Source of the DNA: Rebecca billardiae RCC1528
Lineage: Eukaryota; Protista; Haptophyta
DNA length: 64,000 nt
Reading direction: 5' to 3'
Assembly: GCA_965240325.2 (NCBI GenBank)
Contig: OZ251247.1
Location: 248,001 to 312,000, forward strand
Below the pieces are notes generated by a model. That model had not been told where the DNA came from, did no database searches, and saw only the letters and a list, made by a program, of their open reading frames with translations. The position numbers and the translations under genes are program-made. Shown piece after piece: positions 34,183 to 44,904 of the stretch (position 1 is its first letter; each line of letters begins with the position of its first letter).

Positions 34183-36119
34183 TAGCCTGGTCCATCCCGA
34201 TTTTCGCCAGTGAAAAAGCCTTTTCGGATTTTGGGCGCCTCATTTCTCCCGATTTTTCTCGTCGCTCGTCGCGCTCGTCAAAAATCGCCACCGGCCGTCC
34301 GACGGCTCGCCGCGACGAAGGTGGGAAGGGGCTCGAGAGCCTCGACTGGACGACTGCGCCGCCTCATGTCAGGTGAAGTGCTGGACACATCGTTCGGGTG
34401 CCCCGGTGGTGTGCGTGCACACCTTGAGCGACATGTCTGCGTTGCTTCCGCCGCCCGCGGTCCGTCGCCAGGTCGACTTCTCGCCCGACGGCGCGCGTCG
34501 AACGCTCAGCTGCTGGGTTGCGCCGCGCCTTCGAGCCGGGCCAGTTTGGGCCAGATGCGGGCCACGCGACCGCTCGTGTCGGCCTAAGCCTACCCCTAGC
34601 GTGCACTCGATGCCTTCACCAACGTTGGGCGCGCTGCGCATCGCCAACGCTTCATCCGGCCAGTCCCGTCACGTTTGCGCATGGGTCGCCCAGGGCGGCG
34701 GCAGTCGATTTGTGCTGCTCGTGGAGCTGTATGACGGGCTGGGGGCGATCAGGATGGCTCGCCTTGCGGGGCTGGGTATATACAGTTACATTGTAGTGGC
34801 TGCCGGCTGACTCCAATCCCCTGGGTGCTGCTTTACCGTCATGGCCTTTGCTGCGAGCACAAGGTCGAGGATCGTACCGTGGTCTGCGAGGCAGAGTCGA
34901 CGGAGTCGTCGCTTGGAGATGGTTGAGAGCGCTCATACGTCTTCCTTGGTGTCGTGCGGCTACTTCAGCACGCAAGGCTCGCGCTTTGGCAGGTGTTTGG
35001 TGTCCATGGGTGGCACATTGTGCCATTCGGGTGGCTCGGAAGCACGTGCTCGGGTGTCTTTCCCGTTTACGCGCGGTGGGCCAAGTCACCACGCACGGCC
35101 AGAGCATGTCATGGCACGCAGAGGGTGCCCATGAACGATCCCCACCCCGGTGGTGGCCGTAGGCGCACTCGAAGCGGTCGCATCGTCACCCGCGGATCAC
35201 ATCAGTCCGCCGTTGAGGCTGTCGGGCGAGCAAAGACGTGCGATCTGACCCTTGGACGGGCAGCTAGAATCGCGATTATGCCTCATCTAAGGACGCACAT
35301 GTCGTCGTTGTAGGCAGTACTGATGCCCCAAGTGAAAGGGCGGGCGTGGCACGCGACTTGACAGCTTGAATGACTCGATGCACGCCGCCATGGACACTCG
35401 ATCCGGATCCATTGCGAACCTGCCGTGTGGCTCACGGCGGCGCGCGTTGTGCCGCAGATCGGCCAGTTGCCACGCAGGAGATGGTCTCCAGACCAGGTCC
35501 AGCACCTGACCGACTGCCGCAGGCCTGGCCGGGTGGGAGTCCGGCCCTCTTCTTGTCTGCAGGAGTGCGCGGAAGGCCAGGCGGAGCCTCGTCCGACCAC
35601 TGCACCCCGAGCGCCGCACTAATCGTGCAGCCTGGGACAGCTACCCACCTATGGCGAATATGTAACGACATAGTGGCATTTTAACTATACAGGTCCAGAA
35701 CTCATACTTATGCGGGTACATTGCCCATAATATGCGGGTATAAATGGGTAATATAGTCGATCTTGCAGTAGTTGAGTACGGCCACTTGCGCACAGACCAC
35801 AGCCCATCCTAATGGCCTGTACCAGGGTTCATGCTCGCCTCGACGTACGCCAATAAGTAAGTTCGTGCGTTTGGGCTCATTTCGGCTAATTACTTACCCA
35901 CATTCAGACTGACGATTCTCTATGTGTCCGTAGTTGTCCGCGGCGCGCGCGCGCACGCTCACGACGGGCCACGGATGCGATTTTTAGGCCGAAACTTTTG
36001 CTGCGCCCGGGCTGGGCCCATTTGTTACGCTGTTTCCGGGTGTGAGCGCGTGCCTAGGGGCCCGCGTTCATTTGGCGATAAAATCCCCGAAAGTGCTCCA
36101 GTGCGTTTGGACCAGGCTA
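34183..36119 (+). mobile_element. 1.94-kb non-autonomous TIR element (TAGCCTGGTCCA) with decayed coding sequence
   Basis: 12-bp TIR, 7-bp TSD ACTCCGT (34176-34182, 36120-36126); distant homologue of 45658-47608. Confidence 0.88.
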
Positions 36120-37263
36120 ACTCCGTACCTACTCCTCTGACTAGGCGATGCAATCGTAGTATTATTCGGCCAAGCCGACTGTTGGCTGTTGCCGGTGCGC
36201 TCGGATTGGCCGAACGAGCTCGACAGCAGGCTGGCCATGGCGTGGGTCGACTAGCCGAGCCCACTACCTGAAGCAGCGCGGTGCCGCCATATGGAAGTGC
36301 CCGCGCGTGCGGAGCCCACTGCGGGCGCCGACTGCGAGCTCGTAAGTGCGCGGCGCGGGTGCGCGAGTGCTGCGCACTGTAGCCAGCCTCTGGCACTGGC
36401 TGCCCCGCTGTTGTGCTGCCGTCATGAGCTCCTGAACGTGACCGAGAGGCCGGAGTGGCGGGTTAGGTGAAAATGGCGCTGCAGTAATAAGCGCACGCTG
36501 TCCTCCAGCACATGTTGCCCGGCCGAGCAGGCTGGTCGGGCGAGGCGGCCGCGCGCAATTCCGTAAACTAGTGCGCCTTTATAATAAATGGCACGGTCGC
36601 TCGGCTGCCAATTCTGAACGGTGCCACACCGTCCTCGTTTCGGGAGCACTGGTTCCGACAGAAGCCCAGCGCGCTCGGAGTGCTGCGCACTCACAGCTGC
36701 CACGGCCTTCGCGCCAAAAGGACGACTGCTATCCGCTGCCACGGTCCCGCTGCTGGCGGCAGAGGCATGTCCGAGGCGGTGACGGTGACCACTGCCAAAG
36801 TCTGCACTCTACTAAAGCGCGACTCGGCAAAAGTGACCCGGACTCAAAAAATCTGGCGAAATCTGCCTCCTTTCAGACTTTTTCGGGACTAAGCACCAGA
36901 TCGACATCTGCCAGATCGTCGACATCTGCCGCGCTCCCCGGTTTGTCCGTGTCCGGACTGTGGTTGGGCGCGACGAGCGCAAAGCGATGGCGGGCGTGCC
37001 TTGCGCCCCGCGCGCTCAACCTTTGGGTGATGGCGTGCTCGCGACGTCGGCGTTGTCGGGGCGGTCGAGCCGGCGGGCACAGGGAGGCCGTCGAAGTCGA
37101 CGAGCGTTCGCTCGCGCGACGCGGCCGCGGGCGTTCGGATGGTCCAGCCAGCACTCGTCCCAGCGCCGCGGCGTGTCGTCGTGCGTCGGCGTCGGCAGCG
37201 GCCGGCCCGCCGCAGAGCACGGCCAGCTCTGCAGGGACATGCACTGCTCCATGAGCGTCCAGC

Positions 37264-37561
37264 TGGCATCGGACCATCTCGCTGCACATCCGCTGACGTT
37301 CGCCTCGGATGCGGGCCGCGCGCCGCCGTCGTGCTCGCCCTTCGGCTGCCGGCAAGACAGCGGGACGATGGCAGCTGCATGAGATGACGACGCCGCAGCT
37401 CGAGCACGTGCTGGCATCGTACCGTCTCGCTGCACATCCGCTGACGTTCGCCTCGGATGCGGCCGCGCGCCGCCGCTCGAGCTCGCCCTTCGGCTGCCGG
37501 CAAGACAGGGACGATGGCAGCTCAGCATGAGATGACGATGACGCCGCAGCTCGAGCACGTG
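37264..37561. repeat. Tandem duplication of about 148 bp
   Basis: tggcatc...ctcgctgcacatccgctgacgttcgcctcggatgc...ctcgagcacgtg present twice. Confidence 0.85.
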
Positions 37562-38090
37562 CAGGGCGCGCGGGTGGCTTGCCCACCGCGTGCTATGACC
37601 GGCGTTGGCCTTGCCAGCTGCATTATCTATGACAACGCGCCGACCTCGAGCGCACGGTCGCGCGGGGCCGAACAACACTTTGCAGCACTCTTCCAAGCCG
37701 CCTCACAGCCGGTGGCGAGCGGGGCTCCAAGGTGTCCTTGTCAATGCGGTGGTGCCCGCATGCCATCCTTTGCCCGAAGGTCCTGGCGCCCCCACCCGGG
37801 ACGAGTGGGGCCGAACAACACTTTTAGCAGCACTCTTCCGAGCTGCGCGCCTCACGGCCGTTGACCCGGAACGCAGGCCGCCCCGGGCGACCCGGGACGC
37901 GGAGCCGGTGCCCGGTCGAGTGATGTGACTCTCAGACTTGACAGACATGACTGCCACGGGCGGGGCTCCGAGTTGCTGCCCTTGTCAATGCGCGGTGGTG
38001 CCCGCATGATCGGCTTTGCCCGATGGGCCGGCCGCGCCCGCCCGGGACGAGCGGGGCAGAACAACCTAGTGTCGTTTTTTATTAATACTA

Positions 38091-40336
38091 CACAGTGAAC
38101 ATATCAGAATGACCTGCTCAAAATGTGTACTTTAGAAGCCCCCCTCGAGCGGACACGAAGGGCACAATGGCGGATTGCGGCGGCCCGCCGCCATCCCTCA
38201 GTGCCCGCCCATCAGGTGTCCATGACCGACGTCACACTCGATCTCGAGAGAGCAGACCAAGACGGCGAGGCGGGTGACACGACCCACTGCATCCCCGAAC
38301 TCGGTCGAGAAGACGAAGCGGCGCTACAACGCGCGTGGCAGCAAGCTGCTGACGATGCCCGCGGTGAGCGGCTGTCATGCCACCTCGCACGCGCAGATGC
38401 GCGGCGTCCCGAAAGCCTTCGGTCGATGTCTCGCGAAAGGGGCCGAATGGGAGGGAGACACATGCTCGCATCCTCCCTTGAATTTGGAACCGGCATTGAC
38501 CGGCCAATCTCGCGCGATGTCCCCTGCTGCGCAACCTCTCCGGCGCGCTCGCGCAGAGGTGATATGGTGCAGTCGCCGCAACTCAAGCTGAAGCACCAGC
38601 AGGAGGCGCCGAAGGCCGCGGCGGGTGACAGAATGCTGCCGGAGTAGTACCAGGTGCGATACGAGGCCGCGCCGTTCGCTCGGCAGTGCAGCTCTCTCTT
38701 CTCTTTCGTTGCGCGCCGGATCAATCTGAGGGTGGGCGCGTGGTGAGCAGCGCAGCTCGACACTGGCCAGTGCTCGCAGAGCACCAGATCCCGAGGATGG
38801 ACAGCGGCGTGGCGGCGAAGCTGGTGGCAGCGATCAGCGCCCTACCGGGCTACATCGTACCGCCGGGGTGAGCGTCGGGAGTGATGCGCTCTCTGATGTG
38901 GGCGATCGCGAGCGCGCACTTTCTGATGTGCGCTCGTGGATGCAGCTCGAGGCGGGGAGGGCCATCAGCGGGTGTGACCCTAAGCCGTGCCCTGCTGCGA
39001 CAGGGGCGGGAGCTGATGGAGGATCCTGTCGCCGACGCAGTAAGCGCGCCGTTGAGCACCTCGGCCTGCAGGAGTCCGTGCTTCGTTCGTCATCATGGCG
39101 AGCAGCGCGCGGAATCTGGGCGCGACGAGCAGCGTGTTCGGATGCGCGCGTCCGGACGAGCCAATCATGTCTTTCGACTTTCACCCTCCGCGGGCCCGTG
39201 CGCTTCGGGCAGGAGGCCTCGTCATCAGTCGTCTGATGCCCTGCATGACGCTGCCATACTCCTACGACACACGTACGCGTGAGTCGCTGTGAGTCATATA
39301 TCGATGCGATCGTCGCACAGCAGTGGCGCTGCACGGCCGCGGAGCCCAGGGCTGACGATCAGTCGGTGGACCGAGCCGTCGGCAGACGCAAAGTGGACAC
39401 GACGAGGTCGTAGTGCGCGCCGCGTGCGGCCAGGTACCGCCAGGGCCAGGGCCACGCCCAGCAGAGGATGCAGCACGCGCGTGACGCCATCGTGCCGTGC
39501 GAGGGCTACGCCAACGCTGCTCCGAGGCACCGCAGCAGCAGCAGCTCACGCGCGGTGCGCGAACTCGTCGGCGGCGTCCGACGACCGCCGCGGAGGTGAA
39601 GGTGATGGTGCTTGCTGCGCTCAATGCCTGGTGCGCCTATGCGCGCGAGCTCAAGCGGTGGACGAGCACGGTCGCGTGCTACCCGCACGTGGTCGTCGCC
39701 ATCGCCCTTCGCGCCATCGTGCGACTCGGCGGCGCGCTGCACCGCGCGAGCACACAAGGTTGGGTCTGAGCACGACGGCAAGATCATCGGCAACACGTTC
39801 CGCGACCGCGCGTGCCGGCCGGGCGGGCTGAGCTCGAACAGACGCGGCACGAGCATGCCGCGAGCTGGCCGCGTCGAGCAGGCCGCCAAGCAGGTGATCG
39901 TGGGCAAGATCATGAAGAAGCGCACCAACACCGTCGACAAGAACGGCCGGCTGCGACTGCGCGCAGCAAGACGGTGCAGCCGGGCGCATCCAGTGGCAGC
40001 GGGCCTGCGAGCGAGGTGCGTCTGCGCGAGATCGTCCATGCGCGTCGCACCGCATCTCCACCTCCGCCATCTGACGCCTGCGCACCGCATGCGCGCGCGG
40101 CCGCGCGGTCGCGCGACGCAGGGCGGATTGAGATGACATTTGCGCGTGTCGCGGGCAGTAACAGACGAGGAGACGAGGTGGCAGGGGCTGGTGAGCGGTG
40201 TCTGAAGCATGTATTGGGTGGTTGCGCACCTGTCAGTGCCCGTCCGCGCCGGCTCAGTGTTCTTACTAGGCCGCCGGCCCGCGTCGCGCGGCGGCCACCC
40301 TAAAGCACACATTTGGCCGCCATTCTGTTCACCGTG
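38091..40336 (+). mobile_element. Decayed Transib/RAG1-like DNA transposon
   Basis: TIRs CACAGTGAAC..AGAATG..AAATGTGTACTTTAG and (reverse complement) CACGGTGAACAGAATG..AAATGTGTGCTTTAG, flanked by TA. Internal frameshifted motifs GCDPK, DALH and YPHVVVA...ASTQG/SEHDGK. Confidence 0.75.
38222..40000 (+). pseudogene. RAG1-core/Transib-like DDE transposase pseudogene
   Basis: Motif order and spacing match RAG1 GYDEK, DALH and YFHKTLAH...SEGNESGNK; multiple stops and frameshifts; end coordinate approximate. Confidence 0.65.
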
Positions 40337-41250
40337 TAGTTCGGCGCCGTCACGCGTGCAACTGGTCAGTTGCGTCCCCGAGCAAGGCACCGTGGGTCGT
40401 TCCAGGACTCTCAGCGCGCTCGCGCCTGCGTGGCGAGCGGCTTGATGCAGATGGAGATGCGCGCTGACGCGTGCGTACGCCGTTCGGCGGTGCCGTGGGT
40501 GCGAGTGTGGCACGCATCCTGTAGTAGTCTACGCCTAGGAGGCTTGAAAATCCAGCCAGCCGACCTGCCGCAATCACGTTCACGTCGTTCAAATGCAGGC
40601 GGCAGGCTGCATGCGAGCGCACCTAACGGAAGCAGTCTCAATACTAGCTCGACAGGTAGCGGCGGAGCGTGCCATGGAGCTCAGAGGAGTTCCGGTCAGA
40701 TGGCAGACTGTGTTTCTATCAACTGGCCTTGGTCGTCACATGGCACCGGCTAGACGCAGCCAACACAAAGTGCTTGCAGCTTGCAGCGGGCCCGCCGCTG
40801 CCGGCATCAGGCGCCGCAGCTCGTCGCGCACGTGCGCCGCGAGTAACCCCATGTGACATGTCAAGTCGAAGCACCTCGGCAAGTGGAAGCAGCATGTCAC
40901 CCGCCCCGCGGTATCATACAACAAAGTATCTTCCTGGATCCCGCCACGATGTTTATCATATCATCGCTGCTCTTGTTCATCATACAAGGGCGTTCCCGGG
41001 ATCCTGCCACACGCTCGCGAAAAGCAAAGCCCCCGCTGCGGGGCTTTGCCTTTTCCCGTATTCAAATGTACCCGCTTCAAATGAAGGAAGCTCGTTGCAA
41101 TAGGAAGGTGGTTCAATTTGGCGTATGACCAATGCGGGGAACGCCCCTTTTTCGTGATTTGGCTGCCGCACGCAATCTCACACAATCATCCTGCTTCGTC
41201 AAGAAATATTCGATCCCGGTTTGCGCTCTTATCAATATTTTGAGAATTTC

Positions 41251-41549
41251 CCAAAAGCTCGGCAATTGTAGTATTATGATGTCTAATAAGAGGCGGTATC
41301 ATGCACTCAAGTATCTATCATATACTTGATTTCGGTGATGAACTACGGTTCATCGCAGATGAGAAGGAGGACAAGTATACGGTCCACCTTCTTCCCCAAA
41401 GCTCGGCAATTTGTAGTATTATGATGTCCATCTACTAAGAGGCGGTATCATGCACTCAAGTATCTATCATATACTTGATTTCGGTGATGAACTACGGTTC
41501 ATCGCAGATGAGAAGGAGGACAAGTATGTATGTATACGGTCCACCTTCT
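41251..41549. repeat. Tandem duplication of an AT-rich about 145-bp hairpin-rich unit
   Basis: 41251-41392 repeated at about 41395-41549 with small insertions. Confidence 0.9.
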
Positions 41550-41705
41550 CATTCGCAGGCAATCGCCAATAGGGTGCCGCGACGTCATCGTCATCATCGA
41601 ACGCAAAGAATATAATGGGATGAAATCACATCAATAGGGTTTTAGAATTTAGATAGAGGCCCGAACGGAAAGGGGCACGCACCGGTCGGTTCGGCGAGCG
41701 CCCGA

Positions 41706-43671
41706 ATGCGCACGCAGATCGGCGCCGACGCGCTGCCCCCCGCCGCCGGCGCCGCTGACGCCGCCATGCGCGTCGACGACGATGCCGCCGACGACGACGA
41801 CGAGCGCAGCTGGTGCGTCACGGCGCTTCCGCCGCCGTGGCCGCGCTCGCGCGCGGCGTCGGCCGAGGCGTGTGAGGACGTGGAGATGGCGGAGCCGCCG
41901 CCGCCGCCGCCTTCCGAGCCCGCGCCGCTCACGCTCGGCGCGCTCCCGCCCGAGCTCGTCACGCGCGCGTTTGGCTTCTTAGGGTCCGTCCGCGACCTCA
42001 GCCACCTCGTCGCGACGGCGACGTGGCTGCGCGCGGCGGTGGACGCGGCGCTGCGCGAGCGGATCGCAGCGCGCGGGCACGCGGCGGTGCTCCCGCCGAT
42101 GCCGCCGCCGCCAAGCCCGCACGCCGCGGCCGGGCATTTCCGCGCGCACGCCGATGCGTCCGGCGCGCCGCGCGGCGGGTGGGTCGCGACGCCTCTGCTG
42201 CTGGCGCTTGAGCGCGTGGCGACGGGCGCGGCGCGGCACTCGTGGTCGGTGGCGGCGGGCGGGCACGTCTCGCGCGGCTGCCTCGCCCCCTTCTCCGCCC
42301 TCGTCGCGGCGGACGGCTCGCTCCACGTCTGCGGTGACGAGCAGTACGTCGCGAAGCACGCGCCCGCCGCGGCCGACGCGCCCGAGGGGCGGTGGGGCGG
42401 CGGCGGTGCTGCCGACGGCAACTCCGGCGCTGCGCACGGCGCTTTCAGTGCGCACGCTGTGCCGATGGCCGTCGAGCCGCCGGCGCAGCAGCCCGCCGCC
42501 TCGTCGCCGCGCGGCGGCGGCGGCGGCGGCGGCGTCGGGCGTGGCTTTGGCGGCCGAGGGCGCGTCGGCGCCGGCAGCGCGTCGGTGCACCCGGCGCCGG
42601 CGCACCCGGCGCCCGCGTCCGCGCCCGCGGCCAGCCACCACCTGCGGCTGCAGGCCAGCCCCGCCGCCGCCGTCGCCGCGGCGCGCGCGATGCTGCTGCG
42701 CGCGCGCGACGGGCCGGCGCAGCCTTCGCAGCACCAGCTGCCGCCGCTGCAGCCGATGCAGCAGCAAATGGTGCAGCAGCAGCAGCTGCTGCTGCTCCAG
42801 CAGCGCAGCCTGCCGCTCCGCGGGCCGGCGCCGGAGGGCCCCGAGGGCGCGGACGGCGGCGCGGGCGCGCCCGCGCGCGCGCCCGCGCACGCGCCGCACA
42901 GCCACTTCAGCGCGCAGCAGCTGTGGCAGCAGCAGCAGCAGGCGCAGCAGGCGCACCCGAGCCCGTTCGCGCTCGGCCAGGGTGCGCTCGTGCCCGCGCG
43001 GCACGGCGCGCTGCGCGCCGTGCGCTTCCTCTCCGTCTCGGCGGGGCGCTCGCACCTGCTCGCGCTGAGCGACGCGGGCGCCGTGTACGCGTGCGGCGAG
43101 AACGCGCTCGGCCAGCTCGGGCTGGGGGACACGGCGCGGCGGGACGTGCCGACGCAGGTGGGCGCGCTGGTGGGGCCCGAGGTGATCGTGTGCGTCGGGG
43201 CGGGCGCGGGCGGGCACAGCCTCGCGCTCTCGGCGCGCGGCTGCGTGTACAGCTGGGGCGGCGGCGGCTCGGGCCAGCTCGGCCACGGCGACCGCTCGTC
43301 CGCGCGCGCGCCGCGCCGCATCGAAGGGCTCGCCCGCTCCGCCGTCATCGTCGGCGTCACCGCCGGCGGTTTCCACAGCCTCGCGCTCACCGCGGGCGGC
43401 ACTGTCTTGGGCTGGGGCTCTGCGCACGACGGGCGCGTGGGCGTGGGCGCGGCCGCGCTCGGCGCCGCGGCGGGCGCGAGCGGCGGCGACGCCCGCTGTC
43501 TCACCGCGCCCACGCCAGTCCCGGCCTTCCGCGCCGCGTCCGCGCCCATCGTGCAGCTCGCCGCGGGCGAGGCGCACAGCCTCGCCGTCGCGGCGGACGG
43601 CAGTGCGTACGCGTGTGGCACCGGGCTGCAGGGACTGGTGCTCGGGCCGTGCCTCGCGCCAGAGATCGAGA

Positions 43672-43702
<31 letters not shown>

Positions 43703-44594
43703 GGGCGCGGGCGGCGGCGCGGCCTGCGACACCGCGGGCGGCGGCGGTGCCGGCGGTGCCATCGGCGGCGGCCGCGGCGGCGGCGGCCCGGGCAGCCACG
43801 CCGCGGGCCGCGCCGTGGCCTCCGTGTTTGGCGGCCGGGGCGCCCATCGCGCGAGCCACGGCGGCGCGGGCGGCGGCGCCGCCGCCCCGGCCGCGGCCGT
43901 CGGCGGCGGCTCGGTGCGCGGTGCAGTGCTCACGCCTCGGCGCGTGCTCGGCAGTGTCGCGCACTCGCGCGTGGCGCGCGCCGTCGCGGGCTCGTCTGTG
44001 TCGCTGCTGATTGACGAGGCGGGGCGCGTGCACGCGTTCGGCCCGCGCGACGACACGGTGCTGAGCCGCGCGACGGCGTGCGCGCAGCCCGCCGCGCCCT
44101 CGCCGAGCGGCGCGGCGCACGGCCTCGCGCCGATGCGCATGGCGCCGGGCGTCGCGCTCAGCACGACAGACGCCGCGGTGGGCTGGGTGCACGCCGTCGT
44201 CGCTGGACGCGCCGCGCCCGAGCCGCCGCAGCTGGCGGCGCACGCGCACGCGCACGCGCACGCGCACGCGCACGCGCCGGGGCAGGCGAGCGCGTGCGCG
44301 CTCGCCGCCGCGGAGTGGGCCGCCCTGCACGCCGGCCCGCACGGCGGCGGCGGCGGCGGCCATGCTGGCGGCGGCCATGCTGGCGGCGGCCATGCTGGCG
44401 GTGTTCTCTTCAGCTGGGGTGTCGCCTCCGGCGCGCTCGGCCACGGCGAGCCGATGCGCAGCTCGCGCGCGACGGTCGGCTGGCGGCCGCGCGAGGACGG
44501 CGCGCTGCGGCCGCGGCCGCCGTGCGCCGTCCTCGGCGCGCCGCCCGTGCGGCTCTCGGCGGCGGGGCCGCCCAGCCCGCGCGCGGGGACGTAG
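41706..44594 (+). CDS. Long F-box/RCC1-repeat protein, copy B
   Basis: 962-aa intact ORF; RCC1 half nearly identical to 19654-22551. Confidence 0.85.
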
Positions 44595-44904
44595 CGGCTC
44601 CGCTCTCTCTCTCTCTCTCTCAGCTCTGGCAGCTCTCCGCGCGCGCGCGCGCCGAGGGCCACGCCGGGGCTCTGGCCGATCGAGCCGCGGCGTCACCCGC
44701 GGGCCCGACGGGCTGCCCGCCACTGCCGCGCTGGCGGCCATTACTGGCGGCTGCCGCGTCGCCCGGCGGCGCGGCGGGCGCGGTCCGCTGCTCCGCGATG
44801 TGTAGAGCGGCTGGCTGGCGGCACAGCGAGTTCTGCGCCGTCATCAGATCGCGCGATCATCTGCTATCGATGACCCGATATGCGCGGCCGCACCGTGCCC
44901 GCGC

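Noticed and set aside
34186-34265. DIRS RT-like peptide WSIPIFASEKAFSDFGRLI
   Set aside because: It overlaps the TIR/subterminal region of a DNA element and no downstream RT motifs follow
41020-41054. Bacterial rho-independent terminator
   Set aside because: The hairpin is real, but no prokaryotic-type gene lies upstream; it is treated as part of the structured segment
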